From NCBI GenBank assembly GCA_021734245.1, contig JAIPJH010000004.1, positions 9,645 through 73,644 on the forward strand: a DNA stretch of 64,000 nt. The letters are read 5' to 3'. Below, piece after piece: positions 26,979-34,968 of the stretch; position 1 is the first letter of the stretch; each line of letters starts with the position of its first letter. A program made the translations under genes and the position numbers. This DNA is from Candidatus Cloacimonadota bacterium (GTDB lineage: Bacteria; Cloacimonadota; Cloacimonadia; Cloacimonadales; TCS61). The notes below the pieces were generated by a model that did no database searches, was not told where the DNA came from, and saw nothing but the letters and a program-made list of their open reading frames with translations.

Positions 26979-28175
26979 TTATTCTTCCAGGTCAAGATTC
27001 AATCCTACCGGACGATGATCTGAAACATAATTATCGTATTCACCCCAGTTTCCATCCAGATACTCGTCTAATAAAATTGTCTCGACACTCGAATCTGAAA
27101 AAGCAAATTCATCGAACAATTCATTTGTAATCATAATGTGATCGAGATGGCTGGGCCAGCCGGGATAAGACCAGTAATTATTGGGTCCCCAAGCAATATC
27201 CATATCTACAAAAAGATATTCACTGGAATTATCGATCAAATTCTGAAAAACATTATTTGCTGAATTATCATCCAATTCATCATTCAAATCTCCGATCACA
27301 AAAACGTTTGCGTCTGGCAGATTTTCAGAGATAAAATCATCCAGAAGATTGCTGGCATCATATCTGCGGGTTTCTTCATCCCAGGGATCATTCAAATTCA
27401 TAATCCCATCTCCCGAAGCTTTGAAATGATTGTTGATAATGAAGTATTCTTCTGTGTCATAAATACAATTCATTACCAGTGGATTTCTGGGAAATGGTCT
27501 ATTGTCATTTTCAAAAATCTCGTAAATATCAATAACTTGAACTAAATCGGATTTATAGATAAACGCCAGATTTATATCATACGATGCTGAATAGGCTCGA
27601 TGTCCTTCCCAATTGTGATTTACATCTATGGAATTTAATTGATCGACTAAAGTATAAAAAAAATCTTGATTTTCAATTTCCTGCAATCCGAAAATTTCTG
27701 CATTCATTCCCAAAATAGCATAAGTTACGTAATCTACCGTTGTCTGGTTCTGTTTTGGAAAATGCTCGATATTCCAGGTAACCACATCGAAAGTTTCGTC
27801 AGTGCCGAATTCCAGACCGCCAAAATAGAACTGATGCAGGATTTCAATTTCATTGCTCCAGTCCGATATTTCATCATCGAAAACCGCAGCTACTCGGTAG
27901 ATGTAATATTCATTTTCTTCCACATCGTCATCCAGATATTCGCTTTGATTGATTTCGGTGGTATCGATGATTACAAATTCTGATCTGCCTGTCTGACGTG
28001 AAATCAAAAAACCGATCTCCTGATTGCTGTTGTCATCCCAATTCAGATGAATTTCATCATTCAAAGTATTTACCGCTTTCAGATTGGTTGGTTTATCTCT
28101 TTTGCCTGAAGGTTCGGTAGATATACCGCAGGAAATGAGTAAAATCATCACAAATAACAAAATTATATTTTTCAC
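26979..28175 (-). CDS. EEP-family hydrolase lipoprotein with N-terminal FN3-like domain
   Basis: Lipobox LLISC. FN3-like PTNLKAV...LNWDDNS. EEP motifs TWNIEHFPK, GLQEIE, VIGDLND and VSDHRPVGL. Paralog of 24174..25088. Confidence 0.8.
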   Translation of the reverse strand: MKNIILLFVMILLISCGISTEPSGKRDKPTNLKAVNTLNDEIHLNWDDNSNQEIGFLISRQTGRSEFVIIDTTEINQSEYLDDDVEENEYYIYRVAAVFDDEISDWSNEIEILHQFYFGGLEFGTDETFDVVTWNIEHFPKQNQTTVDYVTYAILGMNAEIFGLQEIENQDFFYTLVDQLNSIDVNHNWEGHRAYSASYDINLAFIYKSDLVQVIDIYEIFENDNRPFPRNPLVMNCIYDTEEYFIINNHFKASGDGIMNLNDPWDEETRRYDASNLLDDFISENLPDANVFVIGDLNDELDDNSANNVFQNLIDNSSEYLFVDMDIAWGPNNYWSYPGWPSHLDHIMITNELFDEFAFSDSSVETILLDEYLDGNWGEYDNYVSDHRPVGLNLDLEE

Positions 28176-28753
28176 TTTTTCTTCTCCAATTTTTCTATTA
28201 ATAAAACAGCATGCAAAAGATGTTCCGCAATAAAATCCGGCTTGTATTTCCAGTTCTTTCTATTCTCCAGGAATTCCTTCTCTCCATAGCCCGTTCGTAC
28301 TAAAATCGTCGTTAAACCGGCTTTTTTACCAAATTCAATATCGGCATATTTATCGCCAATCATATAAGACTCTTTTATTGAGAAATTGTATTTTTCACAG
28401 GCTTTTTTGAACATTCCCAAACCCGGTTTTCTATCTTCATGATCGATGGTGAAAGGTGCAATTTTACCATCTTTGTGATATGGAGAATGGAAGATCTCAG
28501 TGATCTCTGCATTATGTTTTTGTAGTTCTTTCAGCATTTTTTGATGGATTTTATTCATCTCATTTTCAGTATAAAATCCTCTCGCAATCCCAGATTGATT
28601 TGTAATCACAAAAACCAGAAAATCCATCTCATTCAATTTTCTGATAGCTTCGGCTGTGAATTCGTAAAGTTCAAAATCTTCCGGTTTATTTATATATCCA
28701 TTTTCGTCGGAATTTATTGTACCATCACGATCTAAAAAAACTGCTTTTTTCAT
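28172..28753 (-). CDS. gmhB: D,D-heptose 1,7-bisphosphate phosphatase (HAD-IIIA)
   Basis: FLDRDGTIN, VITNQSGIARG and MIGDKYADIEFGKKAG motifs. ATGA overlap with the downstream gene. Confidence 0.8.
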   Translation of the reverse strand: MKKAVFLDRDGTINSDENGYINKPEDFELYEFTAEAIRKLNEMDFLVFVITNQSGIARGFYTENEMNKIHQKMLKELQKHNAEITEIFHSPYHKDGKIAPFTIDHEDRKPGLGMFKKACEKYNFSIKESYMIGDKYADIEFGKKAGLTTILVRTGYGEKEFLENRKNWKYKPDFIAEHLLHAVLLIEKLEKKK

Positions 28754-28801
28754 TTAACTAATAAAACTCCTTTTTCTCCCCCTGTTAAGGGGAAACTATT
28801 T

Positions 28802-28932
28802 CTCAAAGACGGAGCTTTGAGTTACTTTGTACCGAAAACATCTTGTTTGCGATCCTCAAAGACGAAGCTTTGAGTTACTTTGTACCGAAAACATCTTGTT
28901 TGCGATTCTCAAAGACGGAGCTTTGAGTTGCT
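28802..28932. repeat. 53-bp tandem repeat, 2.5 copies, each with a CTCAAAG-N6-CTTTGAG hairpin
   Basis: Units at 28802-28854 and 28855-28907, plus a partial unit from 28908. They differ at 2 positions. Confidence 0.85.
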
Positions 28933-28938
28933 TTTGTT

Positions 28939-28958
28939 CACGTTCAGGAGTGAACGTG
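28939..28958. other. Perfect 8-bp hairpin CACGTTCA-GGAG-TGAACGTG
   Basis: Sits 27 nt downstream of the LptD-like stop. There is no flanking T tract, so its role as a terminator is uncertain. Confidence 0.5.
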
Positions 28959-28984
28959 TTACAATACTTTTTCTGCACGTTACA

Positions 28985-31516
28985 CTACTTTTTATGATCC
29001 GATGTTCTGAATTTAAGAGCATCAGGTAATTTTATGTTAAAAAGCTGGAATCTGTAATTCCAGTAATCACCTTGTTGTGTATAGCGGAAAAAAACTTTCC
29101 AGCAATGCAATTCTCTGGTAATCGTAAAACTGTGAGAAACCAATTCATCTTTTTGCAGATCGATATAATTGTCATAGGCAATGATCCAATTCTTTGATAT
29201 TTTAGCACTTAGTGCCATGCGAAGATTACTGGAATAATCGTTAGCCTCGTGTGACGCTTTGTTTGTGTCATAATTATGAGTAAAAGTGAGTGACCAATTT
29301 TTCTTGCTTTTCTGCAGCTCATCCATTTCTTTTATTGTATTTATAACGTTATCTTCTTCTGTACTCAAGGTGTCGGAAGCAAAAAAATCGCTGGTTTCAA
29401 ATTTATTTTCTGCGATCGGGAAATAATCGATATAATTAGCATCACCGGAAAGAGTTAATTTTGTAGTTGTTCCAAAGCTCCAGTTCTTTACGCCATAATT
29501 CCAATCTTTATGGTTCCAGTTTTTAAATTTGAGATCATAAGTTCCCTGCGAAACAGATCCATCAGGATCAAAACTCAAGCTCAGGAATTTCCATTTGAAA
29601 TTATTGAAATTGAAATTAATCGAGTGAGAAATATCTGAGTATCCATTTCCTTCTTTTTCAAAATCGTAGGAAATACTCGATTTTATCTTAAAAAAATCGT
29701 TGATCTTTCTTTCATCAATTTTTTCTGTTCCAAGCAGTTTCAGTGACCATTTATTATCCAAAGACAAAGTGATACTACGGGATTTTTCACCATTTTTAAC
29801 GTTGATACCACTGAAGCTGTAATATTTATCGTTTTCCGTAAAATCGGGTTGGTAATAAAAAGTAGCGCTGGGAGTGATAACATGACGAACTGCTCTTACA
29901 TAAATATCTCCAAAATCTCGTATTCCATAAAGGTTGAATGAGGCAGTTGTATTTGCGCTGTAATCTGAAGCTCTCACAAATTCATTATCATTTTTATCTC
30001 TGTCAAACCAGACTTCGTTTCCCGAAATGGATGGTGTGATGTTCAGCCAGCCTTTAAATTTGTAACTGAAACTGATACCTCCGGAATGTTTGGCTCCGGC
30101 ATGATGTTCGTTTATATCAGTTCCTTCATCATCTTTTTTGTTACTCCAGATGATCTCATCGAAAGAAGAATTTCTATCGGATGTAAAACCGGATTGAACG
30201 GCTTTGAATCTGTATGAATAGGAAAAACCTTTCCACCAGGAATCTTCTGGAATTTCTTCATCTTCTGCCAGGAAAATCTCGTAAAAAGGTTTGGATGGAA
30301 GGGAATATGAAATGGAAGGCAGCACAATATCTTTTCTTTCACCGTTCCAGGTTAATGTATCACCATCAATCACATAAGTTTTATCTTCTCCCAGAAGGTC
30401 GTGTGTATAATTTGCACTCACGTTCAGATAACTTCCCAGGAACGGTTTTTTGAAAGACATTGATGATTTGATCTCTTCCGCCAGACGTTCGTTCACATCT
30501 TCGCTGCCCTGCCAAACTTTGGAACTGCTTACAAAATTCAAATTGGCATCAAAAGTTGTATGATTACCAAATTCATGATGATGACGACTGTGAACATTCC
30601 ACTCATAAGTTGCCTGATCGGGTCCATTTATTCGTTTCTGCAAGATTGCTGAGAAATTGCCATTAAAAATATAGCGTTTTATATATTCAGAAGTCAAGCC
30701 AAACTGCCATCCGGTTTTCTCGTAATAATCCAAAGCCAGAGTTGCATCGGCATAATCTTTGTAAGCATAATAATAAGCGATATTTTCCAAGTATTTACCT
30801 TCAGTTTCGCTCCAACCGGGAGATGGAACCAGAATTCCTGATTGCCTACCGCGTTTTATGGTAAAGGTTCCAAAAGGTAGAGCCATTACAGGAAAATGAT
30901 TAACATAAAAAATGATAGGTTTGCCCACAACTTTGTCATTCTGATACAATCGCAGTTTTTTGCTTCCAATATAAAAATGCGGATGAAGCGCATCACAAGT
31001 GGTAAAAATGCCATTATCTACATCGAATGTTTTCTTATCTATTTTGCGAATCTCATCTCCGTAATAAAAACCTTTATCGAATTTGCTGGCACCTTGCTTT
31101 AGAAGTCCCCATTGCGTATCCAGATCATAGTACACATTTTCTCCCAGAATAAGCTGACTGCCATCTTCCATAAAAGATTCACCTTTGGCAAAAGCCTGCT
31201 CTTTTTTCATATCGATCGAGATCGTATCCGATTGAATATCGGAGGTGTGGTATTTAACGTTTGCCTCTCCAGCCAACAATATCAATTCATCATCCACAGA
31301 ATAAAACACGCTGTCGGCAGCATAGAAAACAGAATCGACTTCCATCGAATCTTTTTTTACAAGTGAATCGGAAATTGCTGATAAAGAATCAGGTTTCTGA
31401 TCGATAAGTGATTCAGCACTTTCCTGAGTGTAAACAACCACACTCCAGAATAAGCTGATGATAACCAGCAATAGCGTTATTCTTCTTCTCAATATCGACC
31501 TTTTCATTATGCGCAT
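28985..31516 (-). CDS. LptD/OstA-like outer-membrane LPS-assembly protein
   Basis: Signal peptide after ATG 31516 (MRIMKRSILRRRITLLLVIISLF). OstA-like N-terminal segment. Long aromatic-rich beta-barrel region. The tracked start 31603 runs into the divergent promoter region. Confidence 0.65.
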   Translation of the reverse strand: MRIMKRSILRRRITLLLVIISLFWSVVVYTQESAESLIDQKPDSLSAISDSLVKKDSMEVDSVFYAADSVFYSVDDELILLAGEANVKYHTSDIQSDTISIDMKKEQAFAKGESFMEDGSQLILGENVYYDLDTQWGLLKQGASKFDKGFYYGDEIRKIDKKTFDVDNGIFTTCDALHPHFYIGSKKLRLYQNDKVVGKPIIFYVNHFPVMALPFGTFTIKRGRQSGILVPSPGWSETEGKYLENIAYYYAYKDYADATLALDYYEKTGWQFGLTSEYIKRYIFNGNFSAILQKRINGPDQATYEWNVHSRHHHEFGNHTTFDANLNFVSSSKVWQGSEDVNERLAEEIKSSMSFKKPFLGSYLNVSANYTHDLLGEDKTYVIDGDTLTWNGERKDIVLPSISYSLPSKPFYEIFLAEDEEIPEDSWWKGFSYSYRFKAVQSGFTSDRNSSFDEIIWSNKKDDEGTDINEHHAGAKHSGGISFSYKFKGWLNITPSISGNEVWFDRDKNDNEFVRASDYSANTTASFNLYGIRDFGDIYVRAVRHVITPSATFYYQPDFTENDKYYSFSGINVKNGEKSRSITLSLDNKWSLKLLGTEKIDERKINDFFKIKSSISYDFEKEGNGYSDISHSINFNFNNFKWKFLSLSFDPDGSVSQGTYDLKFKNWNHKDWNYGVKNWSFGTTTKLTLSGDANYIDYFPIAENKFETSDFFASDTLSTEEDNVINTIKEMDELQKSKKNWSLTFTHNYDTNKASHEANDYSSNLRMALSAKISKNWIIAYDNYIDLQKDELVSHSFTITRELHCWKVFFRYTQQGDYWNYRFQLFNIKLPDALKFRTSDHKK

Positions 31517-31635
31517 TTTTTTGGTTCTCTCTTTTGTGTCAAGAAAAGGTCTTCGGCTGCAATAGCTGTAGATATCCGATTTATTTGACAACTCAAACGA
31601 CAAAATATTCCTCGTTCCAAGATATTGGAGGAAAG

Positions 31636-32367
31636 ATGGAATTGAATGTGCTGATATTTGGAATTATTGTTTTTCTGATTTCCGGGATGCTGCAGGGGCT
31701 TTCCGGATTCGGTTTTTCAATTTTAGCCGTTCCTCTGATAACTTTGATAATTCCTCCCAGAACTGCTGTTCCTATTCTGATGCTTTATTCTATTATCATC
31801 AATCTGGTCGTTTTATATTCCACGCGTAAATCTGTTGATCTGAAAAAGATCTGGATTCTGCTGGCTGCCGGAATTGTTGGATTGCCATTTGGAGCTCATT
31901 TACTGGTTATATTGGATAGCAGTATTCTAAAGATCTTTATTGGTGGAGTTATCATCGTGTTTGGATTGCTGCTTTTGATGGGTTATCGAAAAACACTGAA
32001 GCATGAGAAAATCACGATGATTCCGATAGGCATATTCAGTGGACTTTTGAGTGGAAGTATTTCTATCAGCGGGCCACCGATTATTATATTCCTGGCAAAT
32101 CAAGATCTTGGAAAACATTCATTTCGAGGAAATCTTGCGATCTATTTTTTTCTATTGAATATTTTCACAATTCCAGTATTCTGGTTAAATGGACTTTTTA
32201 CAGAAGATGTAATGCATTATTCTTTACGATTTTTACCCGGGCTTCTGGTTGGTGTAATTCTGGGAAACTTGTTTTCTCATAAAGTTCAGGAACAGCATTT
32301 CAGAAAATTTACTTTAGTTTTGCTTCTGATAATGGGAGTGCTGGCAGTAATTTCGGGTTTAAGATAA
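31636..32367 (+). CDS. TSUP/TauE-SafE family membrane transporter
   Basis: ATG 31636 with a GGAGGAAAG RBS. Polytopic. GLSGFGFSILAVPL and ISGPPIIIFL motifs typical of TauE/TSUP. Confidence 0.8.
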   Translation: MELNVLIFGIIVFLISGMLQGLSGFGFSILAVPLITLIIPPRTAVPILMLYSIIINLVVLYSTRKSVDLKKIWILLAAGIVGLPFGAHLLVILDSSILKIFIGGVIIVFGLLLLMGYRKTLKHEKITMIPIGIFSGLLSGSISISGPPIIIFLANQDLGKHSFRGNLAIYFFLLNIFTIPVFWLNGLFTEDVMHYSLRFLPGLLVGVILGNLFSHKVQEQHFRKFTLVLLLIMGVLAVISGLR

Positions 32368-32451
32368 TTTTTCGACCACGGATAAACGCAGATAAACACC
32401 GATAACTCTTTAATTCTGTCATTCTACCTGCCAAGCCGAAGTTCTGAATGT

Positions 32452-32544
32452 ATAGGAACGAAGTCTGCTCTTTTAAAGCGACAATGTCGCTTTGCATCAA
32501 AAAATTGATGCAGTCCAAAGTTTTGCATCAAACAAACTCCAAAA
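32452..32544. repeat. Three-hairpin island repeat, copy A (5'-degenerate; hairpins 2 and 3 intact)
   Basis: AGCGAC-aat-GTCGCT and TGCATCAA-aaaa-TTGATGCA, identical to copy D. Ends in CTCCAAAA. Confidence 0.75.
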
Positions 32545-32585
32545 AATTTATTGCCAAAAATCACTATATTTTCATATCTAAACAC

Positions 32586-33302
32586 ATGAAAATCTTAATA
32601 TCTTTTATCGGGAATCATGATCCTTTTGCAGATGATAAAGAAGAACTCGGACCAATTCTTTCTATATTAAAAAAACATAAATTCGATAAACTTTTTCTAT
32701 TATTTAATAATGAGAAATACTGGGATTCACTAAATCGAACACAGCAATTCTGTAATCAGAACTATCCACAAATGAAAGTAGAGTATCGTCTAGCAGAAAC
32801 TTTGAGTCCAATTGATTACAATTTTGTTTATCCTGCTATGTATCAGGTGATTCAGAAATTGAAAAAAGATAATCCAAAAGCGAAATTTACCATTTCGGTT
32901 ACTTCTGGTACACCGACCATGCATGCTTGCTGGCTTTTTTTAGTTCAAGGTGGAGTTATTAACGCAAAACTTATTCAAGTTTCTCGTGAGGCTGGAATTC
33001 AGGAGATAACATTTAAACTAGATGATTTCCCAAAAATAGAAGAAACTCCCGAGATCAAAGCAAAACTTACTCAACTTGCTAGAGAAAACGAGCAACTTAA
33101 GAATTCATTAGATCTCGAGACAGCTCTTAAAAAAGGTTTTTATATACCTGAAGAAGGTTTAGACCTAATAAATGAAATATTACCAGCATATTACAAAGGA
33201 GCTTTAAAGCTTGCTGGTGGAAATGCAGCGAAGGCAGCAAAACTTTTGGGTCTGAAACCACATACTTTCAGAAAGAGGTTAAGAAAATTAGAAATAAAGT
33301 AA
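32586..33302 (+). CDS. RtcR-type CARF domain fused directly to a Fis-type HTH (no sigma54 AAA+ module)
   Basis: MKILISFIGNHDPF... and VTSGTPTMHACWLFLVQGG..AKLIQVS closely parallel E. coli RtcR ITTGTHVAQICWFLL..ARLIQ. The C-terminal GGNAAKAAKLLGLKPHTFRKRLRKL is an HTH_8. Only 238 aa. The tracked 5' extension (32448) only translates the repeat. Confidence 0.75.
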   Translation: MKILISFIGNHDPFADDKEELGPILSILKKHKFDKLFLLFNNEKYWDSLNRTQQFCNQNYPQMKVEYRLAETLSPIDYNFVYPAMYQVIQKLKKDNPKAKFTISVTSGTPTMHACWLFLVQGGVINAKLIQVSREAGIQEITFKLDDFPKIEETPEIKAKLTQLARENEQLKNSLDLETALKKGFYIPEEGLDLINEILPAYYKGALKLAGGNAAKAAKLLGLKPHTFRKRLRKLEIK

Positions 33303-33429
33303 TTTGGAGTAAGGTAATTATTTCCTTTTAGAGTCGGAACGACTATGCTCTTTCAAGCGACTGCGACGCTTTGCATCAAACACTCTACAAGTCTTTCAGA
33401 CTTCTGAGTGATATTGATTCACTCCAAAA
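33303..33429. repeat. Three-hairpin island repeat, copy B (3' half diverged)
   Basis: TTTGGAGTAAGGTAATTATTTCCTTTTAGAGTCGGAACGACT..AGCGACTGCGACGCTTTGCATCAAA.., ending in CTCCAAAA. Begins 1 nt after the CARF-HTH stop. Confidence 0.75.
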
Positions 33430-33516
33430 GTTAAACGTAACAAAAGTTACGCATGTATTTAAAATCGATAAACCATGAAAATAGTGTTAATTTCTTTTAT
33501 GATAACACTTTAAGTT

Positions 33517-33545
33517 TTGACCATTGTTTTTCAACTGGACAGAAT
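33517..33545 (+). promoter_or_regulatory. Promoter candidate TTGACC-N17-CAGAAT for the island operon
   Basis: TTGACC at 33517-33522, 17-nt spacer, CAGAAT at 33540-33545. About 50 nt upstream of ATG 33596. Confidence 0.35.
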
Positions 33546-33595
33546 GTGATTTTTAATTATGGTAGGTTAAGTAAATTGAAATCTATGGAGGTCAT

Positions 33596-34852
33596 ATGGA
33601 CATCAGAAAATTTTTAGAGCAATTTGATGATTCGGAACTGAAAAATATTGGCGTATTAAATACAAAAAGAAATCTATTAAATTCTAAAAGTGTTGAAAGT
33701 TTAATACAATTAATGAAACAAAGTAATATAGATAAACTAGAAGGACCAGAAGATTGGTTTTTAGATATAAATTATAATTTTTGTAATCCCAAATCAAATC
33801 TAAAACAAACTGGAAATTTAAAACAAAGTCAAACAAGACTTGGAGTTGTTTTTGATTTCCAAAATAACATTTTGAATCCTCATTATAGATCTTTTGATAA
33901 AAACCAAAACAATGAAAATTCCAGTCAAAATTCTCCCCAAGAAATTTACAAACAAAAAATCATATTAGATACTACTGTTTTTGCTAATGAAGATATTTCA
34001 AAACCTGAAAATAGAATCAATTTATCACTTTTCAGTTTATTCCTAATTGATGATTTCAGATCCTGGTTTTTAGAACAGTTTGATCTTCCACAAGATTCTG
34101 TTATTTTCCCTTCGACTAATTTAAAAGGTGGAATCAGACCTGATTTTGCAGTAAATAACAAAGAAGATAAACCAATAGCTTATATAGAAGTTGAGATCGG
34201 AAGAGAAGATATTGGTCAATTACAAAATTTTAGAAGTATGCTAAATGTCCCGGTCTTTTCAGTTTGTGGAAAAAAAGAACATGAAGGACATCTGAGTCTT
34301 TTAGAAATTTATGATAAATTAAACGAAGTAAAAGAAAAAATTAAATCCAAACAATTCAATAAGAATTTTGCTGTTTATGAAACCTTGATTTATGAAAACG
34401 TTCTTTCATATGGACGTGAGAGATATAAATCAACTACAATATCAGATGAAATGAGAAATTCTTTTCTTATTCAAAATCTGATGGATCATTTGGAGATTCA
34501 CGAAGATGTGGGAAGAACTATGAGACCTGGTGAATTTCTGCTTGAAACAAAGAAAGAATTCGGATTCTCTCTTAGAATTTATTCACGAGAATCAAAAATT
34601 AGGAATAGCTTATCCATTATGGCACGATCCGGTGGTAGACCAAGAATCATATTCCCTTCTAAAGAAAAATTAGAGAAATATTTACCTTCGTATAAACAGC
34701 CTGCAATTAACGAATTATGTAATTTTCTAAAAAGGTTTGGTTATCATATTGATACATTACCGGAAAGATCACAAGCAAGAATCGATATAAACCTCGTTGA
34801 GGGAAATATTGATAAATTTATTGCGATTTTGGAAAAATTGGGTGAAATATGA
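33596..34852 (+). CDS. Hypothetical protein with a PD-(D/E)xK-like nuclease core
   Basis: GGAGG RBS. 418 aa. The candidate core GGIRPDFAVNNKEDKPIAYIEVEIGRED has the spacing typical of restriction-endonuclease-fold proteins. The rest is unassignable. Confidence 0.55.
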   Translation: MDIRKFLEQFDDSELKNIGVLNTKRNLLNSKSVESLIQLMKQSNIDKLEGPEDWFLDINYNFCNPKSNLKQTGNLKQSQTRLGVVFDFQNNILNPHYRSFDKNQNNENSSQNSPQEIYKQKIILDTTVFANEDISKPENRINLSLFSLFLIDDFRSWFLEQFDLPQDSVIFPSTNLKGGIRPDFAVNNKEDKPIAYIEVEIGREDIGQLQNFRSMLNVPVFSVCGKKEHEGHLSLLEIYDKLNEVKEKIKSKQFNKNFAVYETLIYENVLSYGRERYKSTTISDEMRNSFLIQNLMDHLEIHEDVGRTMRPGEFLLETKKEFGFSLRIYSRESKIRNSLSIMARSGGRPRIIFPSKEKLEKYLPSYKQPAINELCNFLKRFGYHIDTLPERSQARIDINLVEGNIDKFIAILEKLGEI

Positions 34853-34968
34853 AAATAGATAGAAACGATCCAATTAACAAAATAATATTTCCTGATAAGA
34901 AATCAACAACTGGTTGTATGACATTAATTGTTTGTATTTTATTATGTTTTGAGAGGTTGCATGGATAG
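34849..34968 (+). CDS. 39-aa micro-ORF with a hydrophobic Cys-rich tail, translationally coupled on both sides
   Basis: MKIDRNDPINKIIFPDKKSTTGCMTLIVCILLCFERLHG. Its ATG overlaps the upstream TGA (ATATGA) and its TAG overlaps the downstream ATG (ATGGATAG). It is below the track length cutoff. Confidence 0.3.
   Translation: MKIDRNDPINKIIFPDKKSTTGCMTLIVCILLCFERLHG

Noticed and set aside
28802-28932. CRISPR array
   Set aside because: The 53-bp units are directly adjacent with no unique spacers. There are only 2.5 copies and no cas genes.
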